DNA of 64,000 nt from an uncultured Acidobacteriaceae bacterium (GTDB lineage: Bacteria > Acidobacteriota > Terriglobia > Terriglobales > Acidobacteriaceae): NCBI GenBank assembly GCA_963763585.1, contig CAVXPR010000028.1, positions 15,203 through 79,202 on the forward strand. The letters are read 5' to 3'. The notes under the pieces were generated by a model that did no database searches, was not told the origin of the DNA, and was given only the letters and a program-made list of their open reading frames with translations. A program made the translations under genes and the position numbers. Shown here piece by piece: positions 60,176 to 64,000 of the stretch (its first letter is position 1; the number at the start of each line of letters is the position of its first letter).

Positions 60176-60929
60176 GCGGCGCCTCCAGAACTATCCACCG
60201 TCAATCCCTCCGGAAACGGCTCGCCCGGCGCCCAAACCGCGCCATCGGCAAACGTCTCCTTCTTCCAGATGGGCACAGTCTGTTTCACGGTATCGATCAG
60301 CCAGCGGCAGGCCTCAAACGCTGCCGATGCGGTGCGCCGACGCAACCACAATCAGCACGCTCGTCTCGCCAATCTCCAGCCGCCCCAGCCGGTGAACCAT
60401 CGTCACCTGGCGCACGCCGAATCGCTCCCGCGCCTTCTGCCCCAGCTCCCTCATCTGTCCAACGGCCATCTCTTCATAAGCTTCGTAATCCAAATGCAGC
60501 GTCCGTCGTCCTCGCGAATGGTTGCGCACAATCCCGTCAAACACCACCACCGCGCCGTCTTCGCCGCTCTTCGCCGCCGCAACAATCCTGTCCGCATCAA
60601 TCGCCTCGCGCGTCAGCGCGACAATCACTTCCGGCTCTCCCTCGCTCTCGTCCAAAACGTCCGCCGCGACGCGCATCACTGCCGCCAGACACCGGCGGCA
60701 GCAGCCCAACTTCATCGCCCTCATGCAGCGTCTGCGCAGCCTGCGCATATTCGGCGTTCACTCCCACTGCGATGCCATGGAATGCGTCTTTAGGCGCGCG
60801 CTCCGGCAGCCCCGCGCGCAGCTGCTCAAGCAGCGATCCCACCGTTGCGCCCTCCGGCAGCTGCACGGCAGCGGCATCGGGGCTTAGCCACTCCTTCAAC
60901 ACTCCAAAAGCAATCACGCGCACACGCAT
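60172..60929 (-). CDS. moaE: Probable fused molybdopterin synthase MoaD-MoaE (MoaX-like); frameshifts near 60670 and 60330
   Basis: MoaD part AVGVNAEY..LLPPVSGG with no stop after GG. MoaE part GAVVVFDGIVRN, LDYEAYEEMA, HRLGRLEIGE, SAHR..AFEACRWLIDTVKQTVPIWKKE. Confidence 0.8.
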
Positions 60930-61065
60930 AGATATGAAAAGCATAACGCTCTGCACGTTAGACGCACTTGCTTGAATTCAGGGGTTGGATCAGGCGAGCC
61001 GAGCCGGCGTCCTTCCAAAAAGAAACACCGGCGACAACGGTTCTACAAGAAAAAAGGCAGGCTAC

Positions 61066-61175
61066 AGCGGTTCCACAATTGCTCTACCCAGTCCCGCAAC
61101 CGCTGAGCGGCTTTTTCACCGAGAAAAAGCCACCTCGCAAGATGTTGGAAAGGGCAAGTGTATTGTGGAACCGCT
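61066..61175. repeat. 110-bp element with 14-bp terminal inverted repeats and internal hairpin
   Basis: AGCGGTTCCACAAT (61066-79) / ATTGTGGAACCGCT (61162-75); inner GGCTTTTTC-ACCGA-GAAAAAGCC (61109-31). Confidence 0.6.
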
Positions 61176-61190
61176 TTTTCGCCGGCCTGC

Positions 61191-63684
61191 TCACACAAAA
61201 AATCGAGAGACGCTTACGCCACCGCGCTCGCCGCACTCGGAGCGTTCTCTGCACGTCTCGGCGTAGCTCGGCCGCATCTGCGGCCGAGCCGCAAGCAGCG
61301 GCAGCGCCACAGCCAGCACGTCCTCGATCTCGCTCGCGTAGTGAACCGTCACGCCTTCCATCATCTCCGGCGTCAGGTCCTCTTCCACGCTCTGGCGGTT
61401 CTCGGCAGGCAGGATGATGTTTTGCACCCCGGCCCTGCGCGCCGCCAGAAACTTCTCCTTGATCCCGCCCACCGGCAGCACATTGCCGCTCAGCGTGATC
61501 TCGCCAGTCATCGCGGTAAGCGGTCTCACCGGCGTATCCGTCAGCAGCGACGCCAGCACCGTGGCCATGGTCACGCCGGCCGACGGCCCGTCTTTCGGAA
61601 TCGCCCCTGCCGGCACGTGAATGTGCAGGTCGAGATCCTTGTTGAAGTCCTCAGCCAGCCCCAGCCGCACCGCGTTCGAGCGCACCCAGGTCAGCGCGGC
61701 CTGCATTGACTCCTGCATCACCTCGCCGATCTGCCCCGTCATCGTAAAGCCGCCTTTGCCCTTCATCTTGTTGGCTTCGATAAAGAGAATGTCGCCGCCG
61801 GCTGGCGTCCATGCCAGGCCCACTGCCACTCCCGGCCGTTTCACCCGCTCCGCTACCTCGGTCTCCACGCGCACCTGGATGCCGCCGAGAAATTCCTTCA
61901 GCTGCTCCTTCGTCACGACAAGCTTTTCCGCATGGCCTTCCACCACGCGCCGCGCCTGCTTTCTGCATACTGTCCCGATCGTCTGTTCCAGTTTGCGCAC
62001 CCCTGCTTCGCGCGTGTAGTGGCGGATAATCTGCCTCACCGCAGCTTCGGGAAACTCGATCTGTTCCGCCGTGATCCCGTTCTCCTTGATCTGCCGCGGA
62101 ATCAGGTACCGGCTCGCAATGTGGACTTTTTCTTCCTCACTGTAGCCTTGCAACGGAATGATCTCCATGCGATCCACCAGCGGCGCAGGCACCGTGTCCA
62201 GCATGTTCGCTGTGCAGATGAACAGCACCTTTGACAAATCGAACGGCACATCCAGGTAGTTGTCCCGGAACGTATTGTTCTGCGCCGGGTCCAGGATCTC
62301 CAGCAGCGCCGATGCAGGATCGCCGCGGAAGTCCCTTCCCAGCTTGTCCACTTCATCCAGCATGATCACCGGGTCGTTGGTTTCCGCCCGGCGAATGCTC
62401 TGGATGATCTGTCCCGGCAGCGCGCCGATGTACGTTCTCCTGTGGCCGCGCAGTTCCGCCTCGTCGTGCATGCCGCCGAGCGAGATGCGCTGGAACTTCC
62501 TTCCGAGAGCGCGTGCAATCGACCGCCCCAGGCTCGTCTTGCCCACTCCCGGCGGCCCAACGAAGCACAAAATCGGCCCCTTCATGTCCGGCTTCAGCTC
62601 CAGCACGCTCAGGTAGTCCAGAATCCTGTCCTTCACCTTTTTCAGTTCGTAGTGGTCCTCATCCAAAATTGTCCTTCGCCTGGTTAATGTCGATCTTCGA
62701 CCCCGAGCTCTTGGTCCACGGCAGCAACGCCAGCCACTCAATGTAATTCCGCGTGAGCGAGTAATCCGCCGCCATCGGCGACATCCGCTGCAACCGCGAC
62801 ATCTCCTTCAGCGCTTCCTTCTTTACATCCTCGGGCATTCCCGCGGCTTCAATCTTCGCCCGCAGCTCTTCGGTATCGCGCTGGCCATCATCCTGCTCGC
62901 CCAGTTCCTTCTGGATCGCCTTCATCTGTTCGCGCAGATAGTAGTCGCGCTGCGACTGCTGCACCTGGTCCTGCACCTCGTTCTGGATCTTGGCGCGCAA
63001 CTGCTGCACCTCGATCTCCTTGGCCAGCAGCTGGTTCAATCTCTCCAGCCGCTCCGCGACGCCCGGCGTTTCCAGCAGATTTTGCTTGTCGTCCGTGGTC
63101 AGGAATGGAAGCGACGACGCCACAAAATCCACCAGCCTCGCTGGCTCGTCGATGTTCGCCGCAATCGTCCTCAATTCGTCTGAAAGCGTCGGTGACTCGG
63201 TGACGATCTGCTGAAACTCGCCCACTACATTCCGCACCAGCGCCTCAAACTCCGGTGTGGGCGCGGGCGATGCATCCTCCATCGTCTCCACTTCCGCCAC
63301 CATGAAAGGTTCTGTCTGTACAAACCTCACCAGGCGAACGCGGCTCACGCCCTCCGTAAAAACAAACCGGCTCTGGTTGGGCATGCGCACAACTTTGTGC
63401 ACCGTCGCCAGGGTTCCCACCGCGTGCAGGTCAGCAGGCTTGGGAGTGTCCAGGCGCGGGTCAAGCTGCGCGGCAACAATGATCGTGCGCTCCTCACCTA
63501 GCGATTCAATCAACTGGATTGAGCCTTCGCGGCCTACCGTCAGCGGCAGCACCGCGTGGGGAAACAGGACCGTGTCGCGTACCGGAAGCACTGGAATCCT
63601 GCGTGTGACTGGGGAATTCTTTGGCGATATCTCATGCGCCGCCGCTGTTGCTTCATTGGCTGGCGTGTTCGGCTCGTTAGGCAT
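61191..63684 (-). CDS. lon: ATP-dependent Lon protease; frameshift near 62675
   Basis: N-domain [14 protein letters not shown], Walker [25 protein letters not shown], and catalytic GPSAG and VGGIKEK. The exact 3' end is uncertain. Confidence 0.95.
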
Positions 63685-64000
63685 TGAGTGTCCTCGTATC
63701 AACATTTCTTCATTAGATAGCTCAAATCTGTAAAAGTTGCAACATTCACCCTCTTTAGCCATCCCCTTTGGCTTCTTCGCCTTCTCGCACGCCTTGTTCC
63801 ACGCCTTGTCCTACGTATCTGATCCTGCTTGGGTTCCCGGCAACCCCGCATCATTGGAACTGTCGCCGGGGCCCGACCGCCCAAACCGACCTGTTGGCCA
63901 GAATGGACTTGCACGCCAAAATCCAGTTAGGGCAACCCCGGTACCGGATTCTCTAAGGCTGAATTCAGAAAGAGTCGGCCTCCCAAACAGTACGATGCGC

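Noticed and set aside
32274-63684. Calling trmFO, metG, argS, glyS, lon and moaDE pseudogenes, or programmed frameshifts
   Set aside because: Too many breaks, in essential genes, without shared slippery heptamer/pseudoknot context; assembly indels are more parsimonious.
63699-64000. Short ORFs and ACAAGGCGTG repeats upstream of lon; search for CIRCE/heat-shock elements
   Set aside because: No CIRCE inverted repeat; the ORFs lack recognisable motifs and the context is truncated by the window edge.

Overview
Bacterial chromosomal window, most likely Acidobacteriota (Terriglobia-like). This is inferred from the acidobacterial-type VWA protein, the carboxypeptidase-domain TonB receptor and the Ig/NHL surface proteins. 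The left ~28 kb is an accessory hemicellulose-utilisation-like locus: a ROK sugar kinase, a TonB-dependent receptor, lipoprotein glycoside hydrolases GH30 and GH44 each carried on a long Ig-domain stalk, and three giant NHL-propeller/Ig proteins (about 1390-1970 aa). No SusD-like gene is recognisable. All three giant proteins end in the same module: a Cys-pair Ig domain interrupted by TM helix - basic loop - TM helix - internal lipobox Cys, then the remaining Ig strands ending in V-x-V-Q. I propose this is an uncharacterised C-terminal lipid-anchoring/sorting system, the main finding. LacI-type operator-like 14-mers lie upstream of each transcription unit of the locus. After tRNA-Thr(CGT) the window is mostly core genome: trmFO, moeA/moaC, tRNA-Leu(TAG), metG, argS, rpoN, lptB, an lptC/A-like gene, glyS/glyQ, recO, ferredoxin, suhB, an Hfq-like gene, moaD-moaE and lon. 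It also holds two toxin-antitoxin pairs, five copies of a double-hairpin REP-like repeat and a promoter-sRNA-terminator unit. About 15 single-base frameshifts, several in essential genes, indicate indel errors in the assembly rather than true pseudogenes. Coordinates of broken genes span the reconstructed gene.
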